From Mobula hypostoma (taxonomy: Eukaryota), in NCBI RefSeq assembly GCF_963921235.1, contig NC_086118.1:25670001-25734000 (forward strand): a DNA stretch of 64,000 nucleotides, written 5' to 3'. The position numbers and the translations under genes are program-made. Under the pieces are notes generated by a model. That model was not told the DNA's origin, did no database searches, and worked only from the letters and a program-made list of their open reading frames with translations. Of this stretch, positions 49,585 to 62,899 are shown in pieces; position 1 is the stretch's first letter, and each line of letters opens with the position of its first letter.

Positions 49585-49675
49585 CTTCCCCCCTCCCCAA
49601 CCTTCCTTCTCAGTCCTGAAGAAGGGTCTCCGCCTGAAATGTTTACTGTTAAACTCTTTTCCATAGATGCTGCAC
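49585..49675 (+). mobile_element. Penelope pLTR fragment with near-intact hammerhead
   Basis: CAGUC-CUGAAGA-AGGGUCUCCGCCU-GAAA-U-GUU-UACUG. Confidence 0.75.
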
Positions 49676-50017
49676 ATTTGGACTGGGTTAACTGAAATGG
49701 GCCCTATAATTGTTTTCCTTTTTGTTTTTCCTATTAACTGTTCCATGAAGCTGAAATTTGTACGTATACTTTCTTTATTATTTTATGGTAATTAAATCAT
49801 TAATTATTTCGTATCGACCGGCAGTTGTGTATGGGCAGTACTTACACAGCATTAGCTCAGATAGAGGTTCCTTTAATCAGAGCATCACGATGTTCCTGTT
49901 TGGCTGAACCCCAAATCATATCGACCCCAGATGTTTACGAAAGGTGGCCTTCTCACTGCTGAGTCCCGTGGCTGCTAGCGAGGCCGGCAGTGAGCCTGGT
50001 GGAGGGGTGGGGCTTCA
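49676..50017 (+). mobile_element. Partial LTR of the 16206-20797 Gypsy family
   Basis: Colinear with 16590-16947 and 20443-20797; ends GGCTTCA. Confidence 0.85.
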
Positions 50018-50239
50018 TCCGTATCCCAGAAAATGGATTTTAAATCAATACCTCACCTCATTGTTCTCATTCCATAACAAAATATTTCTAAAGCAAAGAA
50101 TTTATACAGAACACCTCTGTTTCGATGAAGATGCCAAAGTCTCACTCCAGAATTTCTTCTCAGATATGTCACTCTCCTTGAGGCACTCCAGAATTTTCAG
50201 CCTGGTCTGTTGAGCAATGTGAACTTTTCTTCATGTTAT

Positions 50240-51056
50240 AGAGCCAAAGTAATAGAGTCGTACTGCATGAAAACAACTGTTTTGGCCCCCCGGTCCATGC
50301 CGACCGAAATGTTCAACCAAGTGAGTCCCAGTTGCCTGTGTTTAAATCTAAATCTAAATCTTTCCTATCCATGCTCCCTAACCAGTTGCCTTTTAAAAGC
50401 TGTTATTTTAGCTGCCTCAAACATTTCCTCGGACAGTTCATTCCACATACATACCACCCTTAGTGTAAAAAGTTGCCTCTGAAATTCCTAGTAAACCATT
50501 CCCTTTTCATCTTAAACCTAAGCCCTCTCCCTCTAGTTCTTGATTCCAGAATCATGGAAAAAAGCTTGAGTGCATTCAACCACTTTATTCTGCTCATGAT
50601 TTTATACACCTCTATAAGATCACCTTGCAGATTCCTACAGTCCAAGAAACAAAGACTTAATCTGTCCAACCTCTCCCTCTAGCTCAATCCCTCAAGACCT
50701 GGTAACATCCTTGTAAATCTTTTCTGCACTCGTTCCAGTATAATATCATCTTTCCAGTAGCAGGCTGACTGACCGAAACTGAACACAATACTCCAAATCT
50801 GGCTTCACGGGCATATTGTGTAACCACACAATGACCTCCCACCTGTTACACTCATTGTCCCGATTAATGAATACCAGCATGCCAGAAGTATTTTTCACCA
50901 CCATGTATACCTGTGATTCCAGTTTCGGGGAATGATATATTTGAACTGCAAATTCTGTCTGTTCTTTTTCGCTCTCCAGGACCTTACCATTCACTGTGAA
51001 AGTCCTACCTTAATTTGACTTTCCAAAATGCAAAATCTTGCACTTACCTAAATTAG
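50240..51056 (-). mobile_element. Old CR1 RT/3' fragment
   Basis: VKPDLEYCVQF; LQGDLIEVYKIM. Confidence 0.85.
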
Positions 51057-51861
51057 ACATGTTCCAATGACTTTCCCTTTATTTGCAAACACATATATTG
51101 TCATTACTCTGACCAAGACAAGTCAAGGTTATTTATCAAGAGCACAGCTATGGTGCCATGAAAATCTTGCTTGAAGAACTCCTTGATTTCAGTCTGTCAC
51201 CCAGATTGTAATATTGCTTTCCCATTCACCTATGTCCTGAAAAGAGACTCTACACTGTCATCCTCCTCATTCCCAAGTGGAAGATATTCAGCATATTAAT
51301 TATCCTTTGTCATTACCAAGGGAAGGTTGCATTTTGAAGATCAGCCTTGGATTCCTTTTTGTTACACCTTACTCTGTGTAAATCATTTCTTTTTGGAAGC
51401 CTGCAGTCAAGTCAAGGGGAAGCCAATTTCTGCATTACTGTGAAAATCAGATTTAAATATCTCAAAAATGTATTTCCTAAGGAAATTAAGAAACCCTCTC
51501 ATGATACATCAAAATTTTCTGTGAGTTTCCTTAGAATTCTTATGTGTAATGGAAGCAGTTACAAAAATATATGAAATTTGACTCATAAATATTTGGTGTG
51601 AAATCAAAGCAGGGTCATGAGAACAGAGTGTGGAAGGAAGATTTACTAAACAGATTGTTCAAAGCGCTGACTCAATCTTGAAAGGCCAAGTAGACTTCCA
51701 CAGTCTATCATTCAAATATTCATCTTTGCATGAAGCAGATAATTGTAGTGCCCCCTTATTTAAAGTGTTAAACTCAGTAACCGCATAAGTCATAAGCCAT
51801 AAACCTAATCAATGGTCTCCAGAGAGTGGTTTGAAGGTGTTAGGTTACTTATTGTAACAGT

Positions 51862-52110
51862 AACACGTACAGAATGCTCAAGGAACTTAGCAGTTCAGAG
51901 AGCATGTGGGGGGTGGGGGATAAACAGTAAATATTTCAGGCTGAGACACTTCATCAGGTCTGCAAAGCCCCCTTTCTTTCCTGTCTTGACGAAGGGTGTC
52001 ACCTTGACACCCCTACTCTTCATTTCCTTGCATAGTTGCTGCCAGACCCTCTGAGTACCTCCAGCATTTTGCCTGCATTGCTCAAGACTTCCAGCACCTG
52101 CAGAACCTCC
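51862..52110. mobile_element. Inverted pair of Penelope pLTR tails
   Basis: Minus copy ~51862-51962 and plus copy ~51980-52110. Confidence 0.7.
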
Positions 52111-52132
52111 TGGAACTCAATTTTAACTATTA

Positions 52133-52656
52133 CGAGGGGTGATTGATAAGTTTGTGGCCTAACATAGGAGGAGTTAATTTTAGAAAACCTAGCACATTAT
52201 TTTTCAACATTGTCCCCTCCTACATCTACACACTTAGTCCAGCAGTCGTGGAGCATACGGATCCCTTCTTTGTAGAAGTCAGCGTCTTGGACCTCCAGAA
52301 AGTGGTCCACAATGGGGGTGATTGATAAGTTCATGGCCTAAGGTAGAAGGAGATGACTTATTAACTTCAAATTTTGTGCATAATCACTCAAAGAGTTGAC
52401 CTACACGTGCACGTAACAAGAGCTGTATAACTGATCTCCTTCTACCTTAGGCCACGAACTTATCAATCACCCCTGCTGTGGACCACTTTCTGGAGGTCCA
52501 AGAAGCCAACTTCTACAAAGAAAGGATCCATATGCTCCACGACCGCTGGACTAAAGGTGAAAATATAGGAGGGAGCTATATTGAAAAATAAATGTGCTAG
52601 GTTTTCTAAAATTGACTCCTTCTTCCTTAGGCCACAAACTTACGAATCACTCCTCG
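52133..52656. mobile_element. Mariner-derived fold-back MITE
   Basis: TA TSD; ~230-bp inverted arms; the right arm encodes the mariner C-terminus FYKERIHMLHDRWTK..GGSYIEK* and the left arm is its inverted copy. Confidence 0.92.
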
Positions 52657-53310
52657 TATGTCAGCCATGGGATGAGGGAATCTTGAAACAAAAGATTTGA
52701 AGATGGAAGCATTGAGGAGGAATAAAATATTAATGAAGAAATTGCCTCATATTTATTTCAAAATTATCCTTAATGCACGACATTTCTAACCATGAATGAG
52801 GTAGATAAACTTGTTTCTGCAGCAAAAATTTCACCATGTATTTGAGGGCAAGGAGCTTTGCATCCACTCACAAATAATTTATTTGTTAATTTTCTTACTA
52901 AAGCCAAATGCAAGAAAATTGCAAGGGAGGCATCATATTCTAAGAATTTCATTGAGTTATAAAATATTGTGACTCAGAAGCACAGGCTGCAAACCACTTA
53001 CTCCAGTGACTCAAAGTACTCCAGTAGGGTACAAATACTAAATTACTGCAGAGCTATTCAGATCAAAACTGGGAAATTGGACACATGGAGTCAAGTCCAG
53101 GGTTTCAAAGAAGAAATAGCCATGTCACAGGACCTTGGATTGACAGCCAAGGTCCATTAGCATCAGAAGTGGAGCGAAATGATAATTATTATCTCTTTTT
53201 TTGATGTTGTTTGTTGTATGGCTGCTAGCTTCACAGACACTCAATAAAGAGGCACTGAAGATGAAATTGCTCCTTTTTCTCAAACTTCAAAGACGTCACA
53301 AATGATTACA

Positions 53311-53563
53311 CCCAAGAGAAAATCTGCAGATGCTGGAAATCCAAGCAACACACACAAAATGCTGGAGGAACTCAGCAGGCCAGGCAGCATGTATGGAAAA
53401 AAGTACAGACGATGTTTCAGGCCGAGACTGCTCAACAGGACAGGAGAGAAAAAGAGAGAATTTCTTTCTCCAGTGCAGCTGAAGGGTCTCGGCCTGAAAT
53501 GTTGACTGTATTGTTTTCCATAGATGCTGTGTGCCTGCTGAGATCTTCCAGCATTTTGTGTGT
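53311..53563. mobile_element. Inverted pair of Penelope pLTR tails inserted as one unit
   Basis: 16-bp TSD GTCACAAATRATTACA (53295-53310, 53564-53579). Confidence 0.85.
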
Positions 53564-54389
53564 GTCACAAATAATTACATTGAATTTAACCGAGCAAAGA
53601 AAATGAGTTCAATTTGATATAAGAGTTTCACAGAAGGAAAGCTATAACATTAATGGCATTGTACACTGAGACAGGAGGGTAGCTTTGACACCAGCAATCT
53701 GGACTGTGGAGAATGGCAAAGAATGATCTACACCATCTTTTGCAATCCTTGTTTCTAAGTTCATTTGCTTTGAGACACCTTCTTTGAATAGTTTAATTAC
53801 ATATAAACAGCAAGGCTAATGGTGCGACACAAAAAATAATGAGGTTAGAGGTAAGAGTGGGACGTAACAAATTAATGGAATACAAGAGGCATCAATCATT
53901 AAGAGTCAAAGGAATTGTGGTAGAGAATAGATCTAAAATAGTTACTTGAAATTGAGAAAGTAATCACAGCCATCATTATAAATTTTATTGTTTCAATTCC
54001 CTTTAATATCTTCTAATTAGATTCTCATATGATGATTGAAAGCAGTTTTCATCTCTGTAGTTATTTATAATAAGCTCCTACATGGAAAGGCACAGAAGGA
54101 AGCCATTCAGCCCTTTGGGACAATCCTGGCTCCTGAGGAAGCAGTTTCCCTGCGTCCAGGTTGGTCTCTAATCCCCTGGCATTGGAATCCCATTACCCCT
54201 CCATGCACCCGACAGCCCATCCTCCCCTATGTATGACACGAGACTGAGAATTACGCTCCTCTTAATTTGTTGTTAATATTTTTAATAACCCAATAGTTAG
54301 CAAGATGTTAATTTTAGTGGTGACATATCCTGCCAATTTACAAAACTTGAAAGACAAAATGGCTCTCTGCACTCTATAATTCAAATATA

Positions 54390-54712
54390 CATAGAAACAT
54401 AGAAACATAGAAAATAGGTGCAGGAGTAGGCCATTCGGCCCTTTGAGCCTGCACCGCCATTTATTATGATCATGGCTGATCATCCAACTCAGAACCTCGC
54501 CCCAGCCTTCCCTCCATACCCCCTGACCCCCGTAGCCACAAGGGCCATATCTAACTCCCTCTTAAATATAGCCAATGAACTGGCCTCAACTGTTTCCTGT
54601 GGCAGAGAATTCCACAGATTCACCACTCTCTGTGTGAAGAAGTTTTTCCTAATCTCGGTCCTAAAAGGCTTCCCCTCTATCCTCAAACTGTGGCCCCTCG
54701 TTCTGGACTTCT
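54390..54712 (-). mobile_element. Young CR1 3' fragment
   Basis: (CATAGAAA)n tail; RIEGKPFRTEIRKNFFTQRVVNLWNSLP. Confidence 0.92.
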
Positions 54713-54754
54713 AATTGTAGTACCCTTTCATTTAAAGTATTATGCTCAATAACC

Positions 54755-55093
54755 ACATAGTCATGATTGCTTTTGCCAAATTTTTCTACAGAAGTGGTTT
54801 GCCTTTGCCTTCTTCTGGGCAGTCTTTACAAGATGGGGGAACCCAGCCATTATCAATACTCCTTGAAATTGTCAGCCTTGCATTAGCGGTCACATAACCA
54901 GTTCATGTGACAAGCACCAGCTGCTCAAGCGACCATCCAGCACCGCCTCTCACCATGGCTTCACGTGAATCCGATTGGGTTGGGGAGGAGGCTAAGCAGG
55001 TGCGACAGCTTGTCTAGGGGCGACCTGCAGACTAGCAGAGACAAGGAGAACATAACACCTCTTTTGGTAGAGACATATCTCCATCCTGCCACT
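54755..55093 (-). mobile_element. SINE with RTE/BovB-like 3' tail
   Basis: Minus-strand GGCAAAGGCAAACCACTTCTGTAGAAAAATTTGGCAAAAG..CATGAC resembles BovB/Sauria-SINE-type tails (recalled, not searched). Confidence 0.6.
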
Positions 55094-55130
55094 CATAGTT
55101 ATAGTAATAAGTCTTAAACCTAATCAATAG

Positions 55131-55960
55131 TGTTACGTACCCCGTAACTGGGTTGCCAAACCAGCAGAAATGGACCACTTAGTTGGAGTCTGGTTTAACA
55201 GAAACTAATAAAGTTTTATTAAAGAAATAAGTAACACAGTACTCTAATCGTAAGGATATAAATGCAACAGGTTAGCAATGGTAAAACACACATGTACACA
55301 GAACTAGGGTAATAGGAATCAATCAAGCTCTATCGCAGTCTAGGGGTAAAATGATCAGTCTCAAGTGACGCAGAGTTCAGTTCAGCTTAGTACAGTTCGC
55401 AGTAATCACTGTTGTGCCATTGGAGAGAGAGAGAGATGCAAATCTGATTCAGCAGACCTTTGATGTTCTTCGCAGTTGGCTTTCGGGCGGACCCTTTTTT
55501 TTTATGTCTTCTGTGGTCACCGACTGTGACCCCTCCGTTCCGGATACAACCATTCTTCTGCGGTGAACCCGGCACCCAGGCAAGGGCGGACACACACACC
55601 AGGTTCCCGCCGATTGTACCTTTTCACCCTGTGCGTCTATAGTCAGTCCCCGCGACCAGACCTCCAAACTCTCACCAACTTGTGGGGGCACATCGGTCTT
55701 CCAGGGTCTCCTTATCTCGTGATCTCGTGGTGTGTCCCGTGCCTTAGCAAACCTGTTCTTTTTATCCCCCTGCTGGGGTATCGCCTGTCCATCAGACTTC
55801 AAACAGTTCAGGTTCAAAGCAAACGGTCTGTCAATCCTCGGAATTGTGTCTCTTTTCGTTATCTCTCTCCTCTCTCATTAACATTTTGAACGTTTCTCCA
55901 TTTGTCTCTCTTATCTCTCTCATCAGCATCAATCTTCTGATAAGTTGGTTTGTCGTCATA
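55131..55960 (-). mobile_element. Solo LTR (830 bp)
   Basis: TG...TA ends; 4-bp TSD ATAG; AATAAA on the minus strand at ~55215. Confidence 0.88.
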
Positions 55961-56189
55961 ATAGCCTCCATACTAAATTTTGTCTAGTTTGCATCTGTCT
56001 CATTGGGATCTAATTGAAATATTGATACCTCAAGGACCATCAATTTTTATGCTGAAACTGAATTATGGTTTTTATTTTGGTATGCATGAATGTACATTTA
56101 TATGTACATTTATTATGGAAAGATTTCTATTTGGATTTATGCATTATTTGTTAATAATCCTGCAACAGAACATCAGCAGCAGCTGCCCG

Positions 56190-56668
56190 ATGTTGCTCAC
56201 GCTGTTGACTCATGACGGCCCTGCCAGATCCAGCTCGAACTGCGTCATCAAGTTCACTGATGACACAACAGTGGTTGGCCTCATCAGCAACGATGATGAG
56301 TCTGCACACTGAGAGACAGTGGAGAGATTTGACAAATGGTGTGACATCAATAACATGAGTCTCAAAATGGACACGATAAAAGAATGATTGTGCATTTCAG
56401 GAAGGTGTGGGTCGACCAATCTCCAGTACACATTAATGGCTATGCTGTGGAGAAAATGAAGAGCACAGAGCTCCTTGCTGTGCACATAGCGCAAGGTCTA
56501 ACCTGGATCTAAAACACCTCCTTATTAGTCAAGAAGGCACACCAGTGTCTACACTTTCTGAGGAGATTGAGGTGTGTGAGATTCCCGGCCCCCATTCTAA
56601 CAACTTTCTACAGGAGCACCATCGAAAATGTCCTCTCTGGTTGCATAAACGTGTGGCACAGAAGCTAG
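56190..56668 (+). mobile_element. Rex1/Babar RT fragment
   Basis: LLTHDGPARSSSNCVIKFTDDTTVVGLISNDDESAH. Confidence 0.85.
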
Positions 56669-57192
56669 GACCATAAGACACAGGAGCAGAATTAGGCCAT
56701 TCAGCCAGTCGAGTCTACTCATAGCTGATTTATTATCTCTCTCAACCCTATTCTCCTGCCTTTTCCCCATAACTTTTGATGCCCTGACTAAACAAGAACC
56801 TCCACTTTAAATATACTCCATGATGGGTCATATTCTGCATGGAGGTCGGTGATCCGTGGTGTGCCTCAGGGATCTATTCTGGGGCCCTTACTCTTTGTGA
56901 TTCTTATAAATGACCTGCATGAGGAAGTGGAGGGATGGGTTAGTAAGTTTGCTGATGACACAAAGGCTGGAGGTGTTGTGGATAGTGTGGAGGGCTGTCA
57001 GAGGTTACAGCGGGACATCGATAGGATGCAAAACTGGGCTGAGAAGTGGCAGATGGAGTTCAACCCAGTTAAGTGTGAAATGGTCAAATATGATGGCAGA
57101 ATATAGTATTAATGGTAAGACTCTTGGCAGTGTGGAGAATCAGAGGGATCTTGGGGTCTGAGTCCATAGGAAGCTCAAAGCAGCTGCGCAGT
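56669..57192. mobile_element. CR1 3' UTR (minus, 56669-56815) abutting a CR1 RT fragment (plus, 56820-57192)
   Basis: GVPQGSILGPLLF..KFADDTK. Confidence 0.85.
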
Positions 57193-58634
57193 TTACAAGT
57201 GTATGGTTAAATGACAATAAACTGATCTTGAACTTCATTTAGCATGTCCAATTGGCCCTGTATTCAGGTCCAAGTTCAAATGCCTCAGGTACAGAGCTCC
57301 AAACTTGTAGTAGTTAATTTTCTGTTGTAGAGGGACTCAGTTGGAGTGAGTAGCAATTGGCACATTGTTAATAGATTCTGACCATCAATCTAGCATAAAT
57401 TAAACATGCACAGACATGAAAAACCTCCAAATCAGGCTCCTTGTTTCTCTTCAGACTTTCATGGCAAGACCAGTTCATACTTAATGCGCAAGTATAACAG
57501 CATCAATTCAACTCAAACCTGGTGGAATGCTGCTTCCACAAAATTAACAGCAGAGCTGGAGAGTACAATTTGCACTTTTAAATTGAATTTCATATACACC
57601 CTTTGCTGTGAAGGCAGTATATTGGCAGCATATTATGGGCCTTGTATCAGAATGTTGGCTGTGAGTTCCAGTGTCATTAGGCTGAACAACAGTGCTATTT
57701 TTATCAAAATAATCATACTCACTTATTTGATTTTAAGGATTATGTTCTATTGATGTAACATCCCTAATTGTCTATTCAATTATACTTCACTGTATCTATT
57801 ATGATTCCACTGATTAAATTTTATTTTGCGAGATATTGCCTGGAGCTATTTCTACCCTGTAGCATGAATCAGGAGAGTGACATTTGTGAAAATTGCAGTA
57901 AATTATTGGTTGTCAGAGAGAAAGCACAGAGAGGTGAAAGGTCTGGGTGGTTAGTTATTTTGTCATTTGCTGGTACTGGAGCCCATCTACATTCAAACAT
58001 GAGGAGGAAACCAAGGATAATTTCGATCTCTAACAGATAAGCACAGAAATCTGACTGCTAGGAAGCATTTGGTGCATACCGCTTTGATTTTTTTTTCTGC
58101 TTGTTATAATATCTTTCTTATAATTAACTGGCATTCTTATTAAAACACGTTGACATGATTTTCGGAAAGGTTTGTGAGAATCATTAAAATGGTGCGAATC
58201 TTTAAGTGTACCTTAAAGAACTAAGTGTACCACACATTATCACTTTGATTCATTATTGCAGCAGACACCACTGTTTCATCATGAGTTTCTGCCTTCAGAG
58301 CCAGCAAATCGCGAGATCCTATGCGGTTTTAAAATCCTTGACCGGATGTGGCGGGAGTCACCAAGCCTTATGACAGGGCATGTTGTACAAGGATGCAAGT
58401 GCTGGTTAAAGTAACTACCTGTAAAGCTCCTTTATGGCCTGGAGGCAAGGAAACAAGTTTTGGAATAGTTCCTTAAGGGGTAGTGTATGTACAGTGAAAA
58501 TGACAACATGGGTTTGGAAACAGGAGTTTGACAAGGAAAGTACATTTCAGGCCACTTCGTTGATTGAAGGAAGCAATTGATTCCACAGTGACGGTCTGTT
58601 TTTAGCCATAATGGGATATATTAACCATAGGCAC

Positions 58635-60812
58635 AAGATGCTGGAAATCTAGAGCAATATACACAATTTGCAGGAGGAGCTCAGCAGAACAAGCAGAATT
58701 TATGGATGGAAATAAGCAGTCAATGTTTCAGGCCGAGACACTTCATCGGGACTGGAAAGGAAGGGGGAAGAATTCAGAATAAGAATCTTGGGGGGTGGGG
58801 AGGGGAGGAAGAAGTACAAGGTGGCAGATGATTGGTGAAACCGGGAGAGTAGGAGTGGGAAGTTGGTTGGTGGAAGAGATGAAGGACTGGAGGAGGGGGA
58901 ATCTGATAGGAGAGGACAGAAACCATGGAAGAAAGAGAAGGGGGAGGGGCATCAGAGGGAGGTGATGAGCGGGTAAGAAGAGCAGGTGTGCAAGAATGGG
59001 GAATTGGGAAGGAGAGGAGGGTGGAAATTACCAGAAGTTCAAGAGATTGATGTTCATGCCATCAGGTTGGAGGCTACTATCACGTACCCCGTGACGGGTT
59101 AAAGAACCAGCAGAGATGGAAAACACTTTGGAGTCCGGTATTGCTATTAACTAATGGTATTTATTAGTAACTACGTAATACAGTAATATAAATGCAGATA
59201 TATCAAACAGGTTAGCAATGATTATATATAAGTAAGTGTGGGAATATATGAAAACCAAGCTTCTTCAACCTAGGGGTAAATAGATAGTCTTACGATAATG
59301 AGTAAAGTTCAGTTCAGTTCCTGGTATTGAGTTGAGTAGTGATGGAGAGAGAGAGAGAGAGAGGGAGAGATTTGAGTCTTCAGATGAGCTGACACCATTG
59401 ATCTTCCCGTTGTCCTCCAAAATCCTTTAGAAGTCACTGACTGTGATCACAACAAAGGGGACCATTCTTCTGTGGTGGAATTATCAACTCAGGCGAGGGT
59501 TGGTCGCACAAATAACTCCCCACCAGTCACTCCCTTTTCACACTGCGAGAACTACTGATCGATCCACCTGATTGATCCTCCAAAACCCACTTTTTCTGTA
59601 GGCACAACAAAGCTCATTCAGTGTCCAACACCATGTGTCTGCAGGTCTAACAGCTGACCTTCTACTTATCTCACCGGGCTGAACACCAGCTGTCCATCAA
59701 GCAGCTCCCCCCTTCTCTCTCTGTAGGAACTTGGAAGCTGCTGGCATCCTTGCAAAAGTGTAAACATGCTGCCGAAAAAACCATAACACCATCTCAAAGC
59801 CATCTTCGTCTCTCTCTCTCTCTCTCTTTATCAACAACAAGGTGTTTGTGTTAAATAACTCTCTCTCTCTCTTCAAAAACACATAAGGGTAATTCAGGAC
59901 CCCATCACACTACCCAGATGTTGTTCCTCCAAGCAACACACACAAAATACTGGGGGAGCTCACCAGGATAGGCAGCATCTATGGAAAAGAGTAAAAAGTC
60001 AATGTTTCGGGCTGAGATCCTTGTTTGTGCTGCTCCTCCAACCTGAGTGTGGCCTTATCGTGGCAGTACAAGAGGCCATGGACTGACATGTCGGAATAGG
60101 AATGGGATGTAAAATTGAAATGGGTGGCCACCGTGAAATCTCACTTTTAGTGGCGGACAGAGCAAAGGTGTTTGACGAAGTGGTCTCCCAATCTACGTTG
60201 GGTCTCACTGATATGCAATAGGCCAACACCGGGAGCACTGGATTCAGTAGATGACCCCAACAGACTCGCAGATGAAGTGTTGTCTCACCTGGAAGGACTC
60301 TTTGGGGCCCTGAATGGTAGTGAGGGTGGAGGTGTGGCACTTGCTCTGCTTGCAAGGGTAAGTGCCAGGAGAGAGATCAGTGGGGAAGGATGAATGGACA
60401 AGGGAGACATATAGGCAGTGATCCTACAGAAAGTGGAAAGAGGGGAGAAGGAAAGATATGTTTTGTGGTGGGATCCCCTTGGAGATGGCAGAAGTCATGG
60501 AGAATTATGTGCTGGATGTGGAGGCTTGTGGGGTGCTGGGTGAGGACAAGAGGAACCCTATCCACAGGAGGATAGGGTGAGGCTAGAGATGCACAAACTG
60601 GAAGAGGTGCAGGTGAGGAGAGCATTGATGGTGGAGGAAGGGAAGCTCCTTTCTTTGAAGAAGGAGGATATCTGAGTTGTTCTGGAATGAAAAGCCTCAT
60701 CCTGAGAACAGATATGGCAGAGACAAAGTAATTGAGAAAAAGGGATGGCATTTTTACAAGTGACAAGGTGGGAAGATGTGTAGTCGAGATAGCCACGAGA
60801 GTCAGCGGATAC
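58635..60812 (-). mobile_element. Penelope-like element (RT thumb, GIY-YIG endonuclease, pLTR), interrupted by a solo LTR and a second pLTR tail
   Basis: YLDYTSSH..CKNAIPFSQ; HFICESVGVIY*IQCSRC..HISETQRRLGDHFVKH. Confidence 0.9.
59078..59909 (-). mobile_element. Solo LTR (832 bp) related to 55131-55960
   Basis: 4-bp TSD CTAC; shared terminal ACGTACCCCGT. Confidence 0.88.
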
Positions 60813-60877
60813 CATAACCATTTTTGTTGAGGTGGAGCAAAATGATGTTGGGCTCTTATGAAGGCTTACGGGCGCTC

Positions 60878-61122
60878 AGGGCATCAGAGTCTGGAATTCA
60901 ATTCGGCATCCTTTGTAAGAAAGTTTGTATGTTCTTCCTGTGTATGCATGGGTTTTCTCCAGGTGCTCTGGTTTCCTCCCACAGTCCAAAGACATACCAT
61001 TAGTTGGGTAACTAGTCATTGTAAATTGTCCTGTGATTATGCTGAGGTTAAATAGGTAGCTTGCTAGGCAGTGTGGCTCATGGGGCTGGAAGGGTCTGTC
61101 CATGCTGTATTTCTAAATAAAT
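60878..61122 (+). mobile_element. V/HE1-type SINE
   Basis: V domain and tail similar to 48108-48368. Confidence 0.8.
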
Positions 61123-62899
61123 ACACAAACTAAAAAGGTCAACACTTCATGTTTATGTGCACTGGATTCTAGAATTACAGCTCAGTTTTTATTGCTATTT
61201 AACACCGTTGACTTAATTGATTTTAAGTGCTCCATCTGTTTGACATAGCAACATACGGAGCTGCCTGGACTTGCACAAAGATTTTAGTCACCACAATTCT
61301 GTAAACATGATATATAGAAACTGTGGACCACTTAATAGAAGTAGAACTCAGATAAGGAAAGCGAAGCTTACTTCAGTGATACGTAAAGGACACCAAGCAG
61401 TTTGTGGAGTCCAGCATCTTGATCTGGAAGCACTTTGAGTTAAATATTCACACATTAGTATAGATCACACTTGGACTCTTCACCATTGTAGCTTGCCTAA
61501 GGGAGCTCCACCTCTAAGCAGCACAGCACTGTAACCCTGAACCACACTCCCTCCAAGCTGATCACAATCCTGATCCCAGCCAACCAAATACCCTCACTCA
61601 GCCGTCCAGGTCCCAATTCCACATGTCTCCACATACCCCCTTACCATCTAACAGATGTGGCAAGCCATTACCCTCCTCCCCTCACCCCATCCCAAAAGCT
61701 CCAGGCGTGTCTCCCTGTAACATTCCTTACAATTGATGGCTAACAACTGGTGGTTTACCCAAGCCAGCTGGGGCTCATGGAAAGAGAACTGCGCACCACA
61801 GCTCCTCACACTCTCAGTACCCATTTAACACATCTCCCAACAGAGGATAATTTCTAGATTCACGATTTCGAATTGTCCCCAGTAATTTGCATAGGGCAAA
61901 ACTCCCCTGAATCTTAAATACTATTGGACAGCTAAATCCAGCAAGAAAATTACACACAGTAAATGACTTTTAACCTGTATTTAGCAGAGTTGAATGATGA
62001 AAGGAAATTGAGAAGTTACTCATGACCATTAGAGAATTCCCTTCCCTCGCAATAGGGTCACAGTGGATCATAGCTCTCAACGTGCAACTCGGCACTGATG
62101 CCAGCTCAGATTACAAACACAGAGCCTGAAATAAAAACTGAAGGCAAGACTGCCACTAATTGTACAAAGCTAGCACACCACTAGCATAATTAATCTGGGC
62201 CCAAGAGGATCTCCACACTTTGTAACTTAAACTTACTTGCAGCATAATTAAACTCCAACAAATTAGTTGAGAGTATCATTGTTTAATCTAGAAATGGAAT
62301 CAAAACAGCTGAACCCAGGGTGAGACAGAATCATTAAGAGAACTGAAAATAACATCACTGTACTGTTTGTTATAATAGTAATAATGAAAGGGAAATAGCT
62401 TTATCCCTTCCTCTTGCTTATACTCCATATTTCCCTCTACACTCTCAGTTCTGATGCAGATTTCAATCCAAAATATTGATCATTTCTCTGTCTCCAAAGG
62501 TACTGCCTGACCTGCTGAGTCCCTTGAGCAATTTTTATTTTGCTGCAGATTATATTTGTGTCTCCAATAGTTTTAGGTAAATCTCTTCCCATAGGTAGCT
62601 GATATGGAGTATTTCACCTGGAAAATGGAAGTGGATACATAAAAGATTGTAAAAAAAAATCTTAGTCTTTCTAATGAGTGCTGTGATCAATCCATGAATA
62701 TTTCTCTTTAAAGTAAAAAGACATATTGTATATCTAAATTAAGGAGGATAGTGACGTTCAATATGCTTGCAGATTTCGGAAGGGACTCTCACCCACTTTC
62801 ACTTGGCAGGATTGATGTGAATACAGTAAAATGGCTTCTTTCTGTTTCCTTCCCTCTGGCATCCATTTAAACTGCTCACCACTGAGTGGCTGAGGTGTT

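Noticed and set aside
54990..55093. Second HDV-like fold at the 5' end of the RTE-tailed SINE
   Set aside because: Partial pairings only; no canonical L3 or P1.1 can be built from this decayed copy
58265..58415. CpG-containing open stretch after a CAG acceptor
   Set aside because: No convincing donor and no recognisable peptide
55131..59909. A single provirus between the two LTRs
   Set aside because: Separate TSDs, diverged LTRs, and no PBS, gag or pol between them
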